A stretch of 64,000 bases of DNA from Solirubrobacterales bacterium (GCA_035634815.1 DASQCF010000009.1:8585-72584); one strand, 5' to 3'. Positions 31,424 to 40,559 are shown, counted from the stretch's first letter. The notes: a model not told the origin generated them from the letters alone. Numbers and translations are program-made.

Positions 31424-31801
31424 TTGGTTGATTTGGTTCCCAATCTGGCTGCGGCAGGTGGATCTACCGGCGCGACTGAAGCGCTTTCGTCGGCAGAAGC
31501 GCTTGCTGTCTCAATAACGATGGAGGGCCTGCTGTTCGCGGCATTCGCGGTTGGGAACAAGCTCACCGAGGCGACGGAGAAGGGTCGAAGCCCCTTCTAC
31601 ACGCAGGGTTGGTTCGGGTGGGGCATCGTCGTGGTGATCGCACTCGTAGCCGCCGGTGCCGCGGGGGCCTGGTGGGAACAGTTTGGCCATGATTGGCCAA
31701 CTAACTTTCGAGACCTACTTCTAGGGCTTGGACTGGCAATAGGAATCGTGAGCCAGCCAGCCTTTGCAGCCGTAATCAATTACGAGTCGAAGAGGACCTA
31801 G
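31424..31801 (+). CDS. Small integral membrane protein (about 3 TM), hypothetical
   Basis: TTG at 31424, with an alternative ATG at 31520. Hydrophobic segments GLLFAAFAV, WGIVVVIALVAAGAAGAWW and LLLGLGLAIGIV. The stop lies 2 nt before the next ATG. Confidence 0.55.
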   Translation: MVDLVPNLAAAGGSTGATEALSSAEALAVSITMEGLLFAAFAVGNKLTEATEKGRSPFYTQGWFGWGIVVVIALVAAGAAGAWWEQFGHDWPTNFRDLLLGLGLAIGIVSQPAFAAVINYESKRT

Positions 31802-31803
31802 TC

Positions 31804-33594
31804 ATGCCCACTTTCATGACCGCTGCGGAGAAGCAGAAGGCGAAAGATATGGGTGTCCCATCCTTCTTCAAAGGAAAGAGGTTCCGAAGCATTAGGGAGG
31901 AGCATCTATTCGCTGCCCTCGATGGTGCAGTGGCGGCGATGAAGGGACTTTCATCGCCAGATCCGTATAACGGTCGGATTCTTGGTGCCATGGCCGTGCA
32001 GCTGGTGATGAACGATCCGCGAGCTCTAGGTGACATCAGTAAGAGAAAGATCCTCTCTTTTTCGCAATCATCAGAAGAGGACCGGGCGCAGTTCTTCGAG
32101 TTGCTTGGCTTCGAAATCAGCGAACGGTACTTACAGGCACGAAAGGAGGAGATTCCAGAGGAGACTCTGTTTATGTCGTCTGAGTCACTCGTGGAGAAGT
32201 TGGGTGACATTTTTGAGGAAATGACGGAACTCGGTAAGCAGATGGGGAATGTTGTGGTGATGGCAGACGAGATCTCGCTGATCGTTGAAAATGATATGCC
32301 GGACGCTGTGAATATCGCTCAGGGCATTGTTGAAGGGGTCGTCGGGTCTTTCGAGAGCTTGGTGCCATCCGTTGACGCCAGTGGTGAGATCCCGAATCCT
32401 GTTCAGCGTCGGGCTGTTGCCAAAGCCGCCTTTCTTCGGCTTGGAGTAGAGGACTTGGTTCAGCTTGCCGCCGAAAGAGACATCACTAATCTTCCCAACA
32501 AGGCGGCACTTGCGAAAGCGCTCGCGGAGGCCTACCAAGATGATCTGGACGAGGTCGCACGGCTGACGGTCAGAGAAGCTGAAGGTGAGGCTGCTTTCGG
32601 ATTGGTATCTCGTCTCCTTCCCTTGTCGAAAGCCCCCGATCTTGCCGCTGCAAAGAAAGGGTTTGAGTCCCTCCGGGGGCATTACGTCGAGGTCAAGCCA
32701 GCGGTGTTCTTCGTCTACCGGGATGTTTCGCTTTCGCCAGATGGGGCGTTCTTAACGATCACTGGCGCAATGCGCTCCTTCCATGTCGCGCCAGTCGAAG
32801 TCATGGGAACGGTCCAGCTCAATCCAAAGCCGCGAAAAGATGACATCACCATCAAACTTCAGAATGACGAGAAGTGGGCAGTCGTGACGGCTCGGCGGGC
32901 ATCCGACCTAGCGTCGATAGGAGCGGTCTTACGGAGAAGTGGTGAGGTCTCAACGGCAGGCGCTGTGGCAGCGCCAGATCCTCTTGCGGATGCCCCATTC
33001 AATACTTGGGACCCACGGTCACTCTGGATTTTGGAATTGTTCCGCCGGAACTTTCAAGCCGACGCACTGACTCTCCAGGACACCCTAATGGCGAACTTTG
33101 ACTCCCCGAAAGGCTCTGACTTGGCAGACGAGGAGGGGGAAGGAGAGGGGATTCCACCAAGGCTGGCGTCCGTGAAACTCAAAGGGCAAAGACTTCACGA
33201 CCACCCGGAGGTGTGTAGCCGACTTGTGCAGCGGTCACATCTAAAGGACGTTGAATTCCGCCTTCGCAAAGTAACCGATCAAGAGAAGAACTTCTCGACT
33301 CTTACTCGTGTCCGACTTGCATGGGAACGTGACCACCTTGCGGTGATGACCGGGGACAGCGGGGCAACTTATGATCCAGACCTGCACCAGCTTCTTGTTC
33401 GCCTTGTTCGAGCTGCGGCCGAGCGCCCCCTTAGCACCGAGCTGATTCCAATTCTCAAGAATGTTCAGGCTAGGTCGAAAGAGACTGATGTCAAAGCTGG
33501 AGCAAAAGGCGTCCTTGATAACGGGTCGGCTGTTCCCCCTGAGCCGGAAGACGGGCAAATCACCGTCACTGCCGCAGGGGAGACGGCTTCCTAG
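31804..33594 (+). CDS. Hypothetical 596-aa protein, no domain recognised (possible SAP-like helix pair near residues 215-245)
   Basis: Long ORF with ordinary amino-acid composition in a ~50% G+C stretch. Coupled to the preceding membrane-protein gene. Confidence 0.75.
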   Translation: MPTFMTAAEKQKAKDMGVPSFFKGKRFRSIREEHLFAALDGAVAAMKGLSSPDPYNGRILGAMAVQLVMNDPRALGDISKRKILSFSQSSEEDRAQFFELLGFEISERYLQARKEEIPEETLFMSSESLVEKLGDIFEEMTELGKQMGNVVVMADEISLIVENDMPDAVNIAQGIVEGVVGSFESLVPSVDASGEIPNPVQRRAVAKAAFLRLGVEDLVQLAAERDITNLPNKAALAKALAEAYQDDLDEVARLTVREAEGEAAFGLVSRLLPLSKAPDLAAAKKGFESLRGHYVEVKPAVFFVYRDVSLSPDGAFLTITGAMRSFHVAPVEVMGTVQLNPKPRKDDITIKLQNDEKWAVVTARRASDLASIGAVLRRSGEVSTAGAVAAPDPLADAPFNTWDPRSLWILELFRRNFQADALTLQDTLMANFDSPKGSDLADEEGEGEGIPPRLASVKLKGQRLHDHPEVCSRLVQRSHLKDVEFRLRKVTDQEKNFSTLTRVRLAWERDHLAVMTGDSGATYDPDLHQLLVRLVRAAAERPLSTELIPILKNVQARSKETDVKAGAKGVLDNGSAVPPEPEDGQITVTAAGETAS

Positions 33595-33795
33595 CTTGAG
33601 AGTAAGCCGTGATGCCGAGGGACGCCTATTTGGCGGTCGCAATCGAATCGCATGGCTGTTGGGAGTCATTCCCTGCGCAGATGTTCCGGCGAAACCTAGC
33701 TCTACAGCGGTCAACATCAGACGCAGCCAGCAGGTTATCCCGAAGGATTGTGACTGAAGTCTCGATTCGGGGCTCGTCGGCGGTACCATGAGCCG

Positions 33796-34041
33796 ATGAC
33801 CACGAAGGAGCGACTTCACAAGCTGGTCGATGAGCTTTCTGACCAGGAGGCCGAGGCCGCGTTGGTGATTGTTGAGCGTCGGCGCGATGACCCGATGCTG
33901 CATGCGCTTGCGTCCGCTCCGCTTGATGACGAGCCCTCTGACGCCGATGAGGACGCTAGCGCGACTGAGGCGCTTGCCGCTCATATTCGGGGAGAGTCAA
34001 TTTCCTCGGAGCAGTTGCGCGCCGAACTCGATCTCGATTGA
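33796..34041 (+). CDS. Type II antitoxin (partner of the RelE/ParE toxin)
   Basis: 81 aa and acidic. 4-nt overlap with the downstream RelE/ParE gene. Confidence 0.7.
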   Translation: MTTKERLHKLVDELSDQEAEAALVIVERRRDDPMLHALASAPLDDEPSDADEDASATEALAAHIRGESISSEQLRAELDLD

Positions 34042-34298
34042 CCACCGGTTGGTCACTGCGTATTGCGCCACCGGCTCGGCGTGATCTGAAGCGACTTGAT
34101 CCACCGGTTCGGAGGCGGATTCTGGATGCCCTCGACAAGTTCGTGGCAGCGCCGCGCCAGGGGGACATTCGGAAACTCAACCCAGTCCAATGGCGTCTAC
34201 GGGTTGGCGACTGGCGCGTGCGCTTCAGCTTCGATGACGAGAATCAGGTGATCATCGTCTTGCGGGTGCTTCCACGCGGTCGAGCATACGATCGGTGA
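34038..34298 (+). CDS. RelE/ParE-family toxin
   Basis: LRIAPPARRDLKRLDPPVRRRI...WRLRVGDWRVRFSFDDENQVIIVLRVLPRGRAY. Confidence 0.85.
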   Translation: MTTGWSLRIAPPARRDLKRLDPPVRRRILDALDKFVAAPRQGDIRKLNPVQWRLRVGDWRVRFSFDDENQVIIVLRVLPRGRAYDR

Positions 34299-34404
34299 TG
34301 ACGATTCATGCGGTGCGTGAAGATCACCATCGGCTCGGCACCTTCCGGATGGCAGAGGGTGTACGGACGCACACCTTTGAAACGACATCTGCGACCATAT
34401 TCTC

Positions 34405-37374
34405 ATGGGAACTGCCGCGACAAATTCCGACCCAGGCGCGAGTCCTTCTCCGAGCAAAGGACAGCAACCTCAGATTCCGGCGGATCTCTTACAAGCCCCG
34501 GAATCCACGGTTCAGCCGCCCGCGGCGACGGCGCGCCAGTTGCTTCCGATAGCAGAACTCTCATGGCAAGATTTCGAGCGCTTATGTACGCAGATCGCGG
34601 TCGAAGAAGGAGATGCGGAGATTGTGAAGCGCTTCGGTTCTCCTGGGCAGGCGCAGAGTGGAATAGATATATACGCTCGAAAGAAGAACGGACGATACGT
34701 TGTTTACCAATGCCGCCAGCGAAAATCGCTGACGTCGCGGGACATCAAGGCGGCCGTGGAGGACTTCGCCAAAGGTGAGTGGGCTCCTCTCGCTGAAGAG
34801 TTTGTGATCTGCACTTCGGCCGATGGCTCCTCGGCTCAGGTGTTGAAAGAGCTTGAGAAGCAAGCTTCGGCAATGCGCACCGCGCATCCGGGGCTCTCTG
34901 TGAGGCTTGATGATCGGGCCGACCTATCCATGCGATTAAAGGGGTGTCCGGACCTTGTACTCGATTTCTTTGGGCCAGCCTGGGTTGATCAATTTCTAAA
35001 GAAGAGCTCGCAACAACCGTTGAGCCCAGAGATTGTGAGGAAGTTACCTCGTCTTAAGGACCTGTCATGGCGAGAGCTAGGAGTGCGACGTGCCGGGCGA
35101 GCGTGCGATGCAGATGGATGGACCCCAAAGTTGGAGCGCCCGGTCGATAGCAAGCTTCGCGCTTTGCTTCGCAGGGCGGTGAAGCCCGCGCAAGAAGAAC
35201 GAGACAGCATGAGGTTCATTGTCCTAATTGGAGAGCCGGGCACCGGGAAGTCTCGTGCCATGTTCGATGCGGTGACTGCCATCTGTCCTGAGGCTTGGAT
35301 TTACCGGCCGAATCATCACGATCCATCGAGTCTCGCCGCAGTGCTGGATCGCGGCGACCTAGCGCGGTTCGCGCCAGAGCCGCGGACTCCCCTTTTGATC
35401 TGGCTGGATGATTTGGAGTTATTCGTACCTCCTGATGAAACTGGACTGACTGCGGCTCGCATAAACACCCTTCGTTACTCGAATAGGCCTATCGTGGTAC
35501 TAGCCACTGCTGGCGGAAAGTCGGCAGACATCGCGCGCGCTCGACGGTCAGCTCCCGACGATAAGGGGACCGTATTATCCTTAGTTCTGGCAGAGCGTAC
35601 CGTTCAGGTGCGTGTGGCAGCAAAGGGCCTCACTACGGCGGTAATAGAGAAGGGGGTCGACGCAGGGGACTACCAGCGGGATGATGCTGCGGCAATCCGC
35701 GCTCACGGTGTTGGCCCCTTCGTCCTCGGAGCCGACCTGCTGTTCTTGAAGCTTCACACCGGCCGCTTCCCTCCGGAGGCGCCACCATCGAGCGCAGGCG
35801 TGGCTGTAACCAAAGCAGTGCTGGCCTGGAACGCATGCGGTATACCTAGGCCAATTGATCGGGAACGCTTGAAGAAGTTGTGGATGCATTACTTTCAAGG
35901 CGAGCCATCTGAGGTTGAATTTGAGGAAGGTCTTGCTTGGGCTCAAGAGCCTGTTATTGGTGACATGGCTTTACTTGAGCGAGAGGAGTTGCAGTACCGT
36001 TGTAACGATCTAGTTGTGGCAGCGAGTCGGCTTACCATGGAAAAAGGCGACTACCTTAGAGTTCTCAATGCTGCAGGCCCCTCGGAGGCTGCATGGATCC
36101 CATACGGGGGTGGAGGCTTTCAACCGCGGGTGGACGCGCTGAAGGAGTTCCTGCGTCAACACGAGCCTTTGGATGATGCATGGTGGCCATTTGAGGTAGC
36201 CATGGGTCATGTATGGCGAACGCTGAGTCAGCCGGAGCTTGCCCGAAAATCGTGGGAGAAAGGGCTTGCAGACGGCTGTTTTTGCGCGGCAGTGTCTATT
36301 TCGCGGATGAAATCTGATGAAGGCGATCTATCCGGTGCTGCTGAGGCTTTGCAGCGGCTTTTGGATGGGGGCTTCGGTGGAGTCGCGATCGAGGCGAGCA
36401 GTCTCTACACCCGAATGGGAGACCACAAGGGGTCGTTGGCCGCACTTGAATCTGGGGCGGAGGCTGGAGATGGGGAGAGTGCTTTCGTCCTTGGGCGTCG
36501 GCTTAGGCGGGTTGACGAGAAGCAGGCAGAGTGGGCCCTACGAAAGGCTCTGGAACTAGGCTTTGGAGGCGCGTGGAGTTCCTTGTGGTCTATCTACATG
36601 GGGCGGGAAGAGTACGCATCTGCAGAGAAGGTTGCGCTGCAAGGAGCCGACTTAGGTATAGGGGAAGCGGCATGTGTATTAGGTCTTTTGAGAGAGGAAC
36701 ATCTTCGGGACCAACAAGGTGCCATTGAGGCATACCGCCATGCCTGTGACCTTGAAGAGTTGATCGCCTATGCATTGCTCGGAAATCTCTATCGGAGCCG
36801 AGGCGAGGACGGGGACGATGAGCGCGCGATCGCTGCGTTCGAAACGGGGGCAACCCTTGGCTCGGCAGAGAGCAGTCACATGCTTGGCCACCATTTAGAA
36901 GATGGCGGAGATATCGATGGAGCAGCCAATGCCTTTGAGGAGGCCATAACGCTAGGGGGGCTACAACCCGTTGCCTGCTTAGGGAAGCTCAATAGCACGA
37001 GGAATCTCGTGTTGGCGCGAGAGCGAGCCCAATCTGCGGCAGAACGCCGATCAACGCCTTCGGTGCTCTTTTGGCTGGCCAGTGCTACGCAGGCAGTGGA
37101 TGGCATAGAGGCTGCGGACCCGATTTGGCAAGCAGTACTGGATACTCGCCATAGAGAGACCATCTATCGAGCGGGAGTGTACCGTCGCGATGAAGGCGAC
37201 TTTGAGGGTGCTGAGCGCATGTTGCTCGAGGCCGACGAGTTAGGGTTTCCCGCCGCCGCATGCGCCATCGGACACATGTGGGAGAAAAGGGGTCGAAAGG
37301 AGCTTGCCCGTGAAGCTGGCCGACGCGCGAGAGCCCTCGGGCACGAGTGCACGCTCGCAGAGGCCAGAAAGTAG
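34405..37374 (+). CDS. Mrr-like restriction-endonuclease domain + P-loop NTPase + Sel1/TPR-like repeat protein (STAND/Avs-like)
   Basis: WQDFERLC...SGIDIYARKKNGRYVVYQCRQ nuclease signature. Walker A LIGEPGTGKS and Walker B-like LLIWLDDLE. C-terminal degenerate Sel1-like repeats (ESAFVLGRRL, GEAACVLGLL, AESSHMLGHHLE, AAACAIGHMWE). Confidence 0.85.
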   Translation: MGTAATNSDPGASPSPSKGQQPQIPADLLQAPESTVQPPAATARQLLPIAELSWQDFERLCTQIAVEEGDAEIVKRFGSPGQAQSGIDIYARKKNGRYVVYQCRQRKSLTSRDIKAAVEDFAKGEWAPLAEEFVICTSADGSSAQVLKELEKQASAMRTAHPGLSVRLDDRADLSMRLKGCPDLVLDFFGPAWVDQFLKKSSQQPLSPEIVRKLPRLKDLSWRELGVRRAGRACDADGWTPKLERPVDSKLRALLRRAVKPAQEERDSMRFIVLIGEPGTGKSRAMFDAVTAICPEAWIYRPNHHDPSSLAAVLDRGDLARFAPEPRTPLLIWLDDLELFVPPDETGLTAARINTLRYSNRPIVVLATAGGKSADIARARRSAPDDKGTVLSLVLAERTVQVRVAAKGLTTAVIEKGVDAGDYQRDDAAAIRAHGVGPFVLGADLLFLKLHTGRFPPEAPPSSAGVAVTKAVLAWNACGIPRPIDRERLKKLWMHYFQGEPSEVEFEEGLAWAQEPVIGDMALLEREELQYRCNDLVVAASRLTMEKGDYLRVLNAAGPSEAAWIPYGGGGFQPRVDALKEFLRQHEPLDDAWWPFEVAMGHVWRTLSQPELARKSWEKGLADGCFCAAVSISRMKSDEGDLSGAAEALQRLLDGGFGGVAIEASSLYTRMGDHKGSLAALESGAEAGDGESAFVLGRRLRRVDEKQAEWALRKALELGFGGAWSSLWSIYMGREEYASAEKVALQGADLGIGEAACVLGLLREEHLRDQQGAIEAYRHACDLEELIAYALLGNLYRSRGEDGDDERAIAAFETGATLGSAESSHMLGHHLEDGGDIDGAANAFEEAITLGGLQPVACLGKLNSTRNLVLARERAQSAAERRSTPSVLFWLASATQAVDGIEAADPIWQAVLDTRHRETIYRAGVYRRDEGDFEGAERMLLEADELGFPAAACAIGHMWEKRGRKELAREAGRRARALGHECTLAEARK

Positions 37375-37456
37375 ACCTTTTGATCCAGTAGATCCCGGTC
37401 CCAGTCTCATCTCGGTCGCATCGCTTCTGGAATCCCACTCCTCACGCGACGGTCAT

Positions 37457-37498
37457 TCGTCCTTTCAAGCCGAAGGTCGGAGGTTCGACTCCCGTCGG
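37457..37498 (+). repeat. attR-like degenerate copy of the tRNA 3' half
   Basis: TCGTCCTTTCAAGCCGAAGGTCGGAGGTTCGACTCCCGTCGG is 38/42 identical to 26948..26989. It cannot form an intact T stem, and no tRNA 5' half lies upstream. Confidence 0.75.
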
Positions 37499-37517
37499 TT
37501 TTCCCCGAACGCGGCCC

Positions 37518-38996
37518 TCACGGTTCCACGAGTGCTTTTACCTCGGCGCGATTGGTGCGTGCTTCGCCGGACCAGCGGTGGGGGGTCCCTCCGATTTTCG
37601 CTTCGCAGGTGAGTAGGGAGGGGAGGCAGTGGACCGTTGCGACGATTCCGGCCTCGGTGCTGCGGAGGGCGAAACGCTCTTCATCCCCATTGGCGGTGCC
37701 GTCGGCTATCGGATACACGCCACCTGGCGTGACTGATGCGATCGCCTGCCACGGTCCCAGTAGGCCTGGCCCCGCGACGGTGTAGGCGACGTCACGGTCG
37801 GTGTATTGCCCGCACCCCGTCTTATTGTCGCCATCGCGAATCGGCCCGGCGGAGGCGTCGTCGCGGACCAGGACAAAGGAACCGTCGCGGCTGTCGATCA
37901 CGTAGGCGTCGCCGTCGCCACCCACACTGAAGCGGTCTTCGGCGGAGATCAGTTGCTTGTTGCGGATCATCGGCAAGGCGAATTCGGCTGCTTGTTCCAG
38001 TAGGTATACGGGGTGCTCCAAGCCATCGAAGGCGAGCGCGATGCCCCTCAACTGACCTTCGCAATAGCCAGGCACATACCACGAGTTGGACAGTCCGGGT
38101 ATCGGGCGCGCCCGCCCGGGGCAGCCGGCGATGTCGAAGCCCAGCGCCTCCATCGGCCCGGTTTCCAGGCCGTGCACTTCATGCCAGGCAAGGGCCAGCG
38201 CCTCCCGCTGGGGTTCGGGAACCCCGACCGGCAGGTACCGACTGCTGCAGTCTTCACTCACCGGCCGGGTGTGATGCACGTTGCCTCCGCCTTTGGATTC
38301 GTCTGGTGGTTCCGGCGCCACGGTGCTTCCGACGGCGCCCGCGACCGCGATCAGGCTGATCGCAAAGGTCGAGCACCAGAGAGCCCAGCTTGTATGGCTG
38401 AGGTTGCCGTCCTCGGTGTCCCGACCGTTGAGCCTCTCCCGAAGCGCGTCGACGGTGTCGTCCTTGGCTTGAGCCAGCCGGTTGTCGAGCTCGACCCATA
38501 TGAACGAGCCGCGGATTACATCGGTGGCGCGCGGGGCCCGGTAGCCGGTCTTCTCTTTCAAGGCTTCGCGGTCAATCTCCATCTGGGTCGCCGACCAGAA
38601 CAGGAGCCCAGTACTGAGCAGCCAGATCCCAGCGAGCATGTAGAGCTTTGGGTCCGGGTGGAGGTCAAGGACACCGACGCCGCAGGTCCAGACCACGAGG
38701 AGGGCGAATTCGAACCAGGTCGCGCGCGCGAGGCCGATCGAGAAGTAGCGCTCGTAGAGGTGCAGGCAGTGGTGGCAGAGGAGCAGCGCCCAGCCGAGTT
38801 GGTAGGCGATGGTGAGCAGATGCGAGAGCCCTTCCCAGCCGCCTGACCGCAGGGCGGAGCCGCAGAGGACGAGTGCCGACGACCCGATCGTCGCCGCCGT
38901 CTTGCGGCCGATCGGAACCTTGGAAACGTCTCCTTGAAGCCACGCCTTCATCCCCATCTCCCCCTCTGTCTCTCGGTTGACTGGCGAGTCAGCCAA
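37518..38996 (-). CDS. Multi-pass membrane protein with a large C-terminal soluble domain, hypothetical
   Basis: 492 aa. About five hydrophobic segments in the first 250 aa, then a Cys-containing soluble region. Intermediate G+C. Confidence 0.65.
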   Translation of the reverse strand: MADSPVNRETEGEMGMKAWLQGDVSKVPIGRKTAATIGSSALVLCGSALRSGGWEGLSHLLTIAYQLGWALLLCHHCLHLYERYFSIGLARATWFEFALLVVWTCGVGVLDLHPDPKLYMLAGIWLLSTGLLFWSATQMEIDREALKEKTGYRAPRATDVIRGSFIWVELDNRLAQAKDDTVDALRERLNGRDTEDGNLSHTSWALWCSTFAISLIAVAGAVGSTVAPEPPDESKGGGNVHHTRPVSEDCSSRYLPVGVPEPQREALALAWHEVHGLETGPMEALGFDIAGCPGRARPIPGLSNSWYVPGYCEGQLRGIALAFDGLEHPVYLLEQAAEFALPMIRNKQLISAEDRFSVGGDGDAYVIDSRDGSFVLVRDDASAGPIRDGDNKTGCGQYTDRDVAYTVAGPGLLGPWQAIASVTPGGVYPIADGTANGDEERFALRSTEAGIVATVHCLPSLLTCEAKIGGTPHRWSGEARTNRAEVKALVEP

Positions 38997-39056
38997 ACCG
39001 ATCCTCTAGCGCCCCAAAGGCGGTTGTAAAGACCCGTTCCTCATTAGGTACGAGCC

Positions 39057-40559
39057 GTGCGTGAAGCAACCGGTTCCAATACGGTGGTCCACCTCGACGA
39101 TGCACCGAACTGGGGGAGGCAGAGCGTGAGAAGGGCAGAGCGGATTCATCAGGTGATCGCGGCGGTTTCGAAAGAGGGGCCGCTGCCTTTCCCCGAGCTC
39201 GTCGACCGCCTGCCCGACATTCAGGACAAAGACCATCTGCGAAAAGAAATCGTCGCCGACGCTGCTGCGGCGGAAATCCTGATGGCCGCGACGGGTAAGC
39301 ATTGGGATCTGCCGAAGGCACTAACGGCGGCGAACGGGAATAGGACCCACTATGTGGGCGTGGGTCGTGAGGTTGGCTGCGTACTGGGAATCAGCGTCGG
39401 TCGGACCTACTTCGCGCTCGGCGTCGCCGACTCCAACGGCCGCCTGATCTCACAGCACGATCGGAAGGCGCTGAAGGAGGAAGGGGCGAAGGCGGCTGAC
39501 GCCCAGGCCCAATACGTGCAGGGGCAGATCGTCACCTATGCGCGGAACGAGGATGTCGTCGGTGAGGCGCTGCTGAGCGAGATAGCGGCCGCCGCGAAGC
39601 AGTGGATGAAAGAGGTGGACGTCGAGCCGCGCGAGATCCGTGGTGTGACGATCGGCCTCCCTGTGCCGGTCAGCACGACCCGGAGCAAGGTCCTCACCAA
39701 GTCGCTCGAAATCCCCCTCTCCAGCGTTCCCCACATCGCTTCGAGCTTCGAAGAGGAGCTCGGCGAGGACTTCACCAGCCTCCAGAAAGTGATCGTGTCC
39801 AACGATGCCGACATCGCCGCGCGCGCCGAGGTCCGCTACGGCGAGGCTTACGGGATGAAGGACGTCGTCGTCCTCCATGCCGCCTACGGAATCGGCGCCG
39901 GTGTCCTCGCCGAGGGCAAGGTTCTGCGGACCACCGCAGGCGGGGGGATCGGTGAGGTGGGTCACTGCATGCCGATGATCCGCCGCGACGATGGCCAGCG
40001 GTTCGGTCTGCTTCCACTGTCGGTCGAGCATCCTGTCTACAAGTGCGCATGTGGACAGCTGGGGCACCTGGAGGCGCTCGCCGGCGGCAGCGCGATCATC
40101 GGGCGGATCAAGCACTCCCCCGGGATCGACCCGGCGCCACCCGATGACGTGGCCAAGCTCCTCAAGGACGAGAAAGCCAACGACGCTGACGTGCTCGGGG
40201 CGATCCTCGACGCCTCTTTCGGCAGCCCGGCTTGGGAACCGGGTCGCGCCGCGGTGTTAGATGCCGCCCGACTGATCGGCTGCAGCATCCACACCCTCAC
40301 CCTCGTCTTCCGTCCGGAAGCCGTCTACCTGGGCGGCAAGCTGAGCGAGGCCGGCAACTCCTTCCTCAAAGAGGTCAAAGCCTCCTTCACCAAATGCGGC
40401 CCACTGACCGGCTACGAACCGAAGATCGCCCTGGGCACCGCCGGCAGCCAGTTCGGGCGACGCCACGTAATGGTCCGGGGGGCGGCAATGACTGCGGTGC
40501 GGGGGACCGAGAGCTTGGTCGACGTCAAGGAAATCGCTGAGAAGCTGGCGGCCGTTTAG
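39057..40559 (+). CDS. ROK-family protein (N-terminal winged-helix-like region + ASKHA sugar-kinase fold)
   Basis: GTG start. LGISVGRTYFALGVAD phosphate-1 motif. GIGAGVLAEGKVLRTTAGGGIGEVGHC. Zn motif CACGQLGHLEA. Confidence 0.85.
   Translation: MREATGSNTVVHLDDAPNWGRQSVRRAERIHQVIAAVSKEGPLPFPELVDRLPDIQDKDHLRKEIVADAAAAEILMAATGKHWDLPKALTAANGNRTHYVGVGREVGCVLGISVGRTYFALGVADSNGRLISQHDRKALKEEGAKAADAQAQYVQGQIVTYARNEDVVGEALLSEIAAAAKQWMKEVDVEPREIRGVTIGLPVPVSTTRSKVLTKSLEIPLSSVPHIASSFEEELGEDFTSLQKVIVSNDADIAARAEVRYGEAYGMKDVVVLHAAYGIGAGVLAEGKVLRTTAGGGIGEVGHCMPMIRRDDGQRFGLLPLSVEHPVYKCACGQLGHLEALAGGSAIIGRIKHSPGIDPAPPDDVAKLLKDEKANDADVLGAILDASFGSPAWEPGRAAVLDAARLIGCSIHTLTLVFRPEAVYLGGKLSEAGNSFLKEVKASFTKCGPLTGYEPKIALGTAGSQFGRRHVMVRGAAMTAVRGTESLVDVKEIAEKLAAV

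Larger units (their letters stand above)
26995..37498 (+). mobile_element. tRNA-associated integrative genomic island (~10.5 kb) with an xis-int module and defence-like cargo
   Basis: Flanked by the 42-nt tRNA-derived direct repeats. Carries a tyrosine integrase and excisionase. G+C drops to 50-62% in the 60-nt lines I counted at 27301, 27901, 32001 and 35401; one line at 28001 counted 72%, like the flank line at 42001. Confidence 0.75.
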
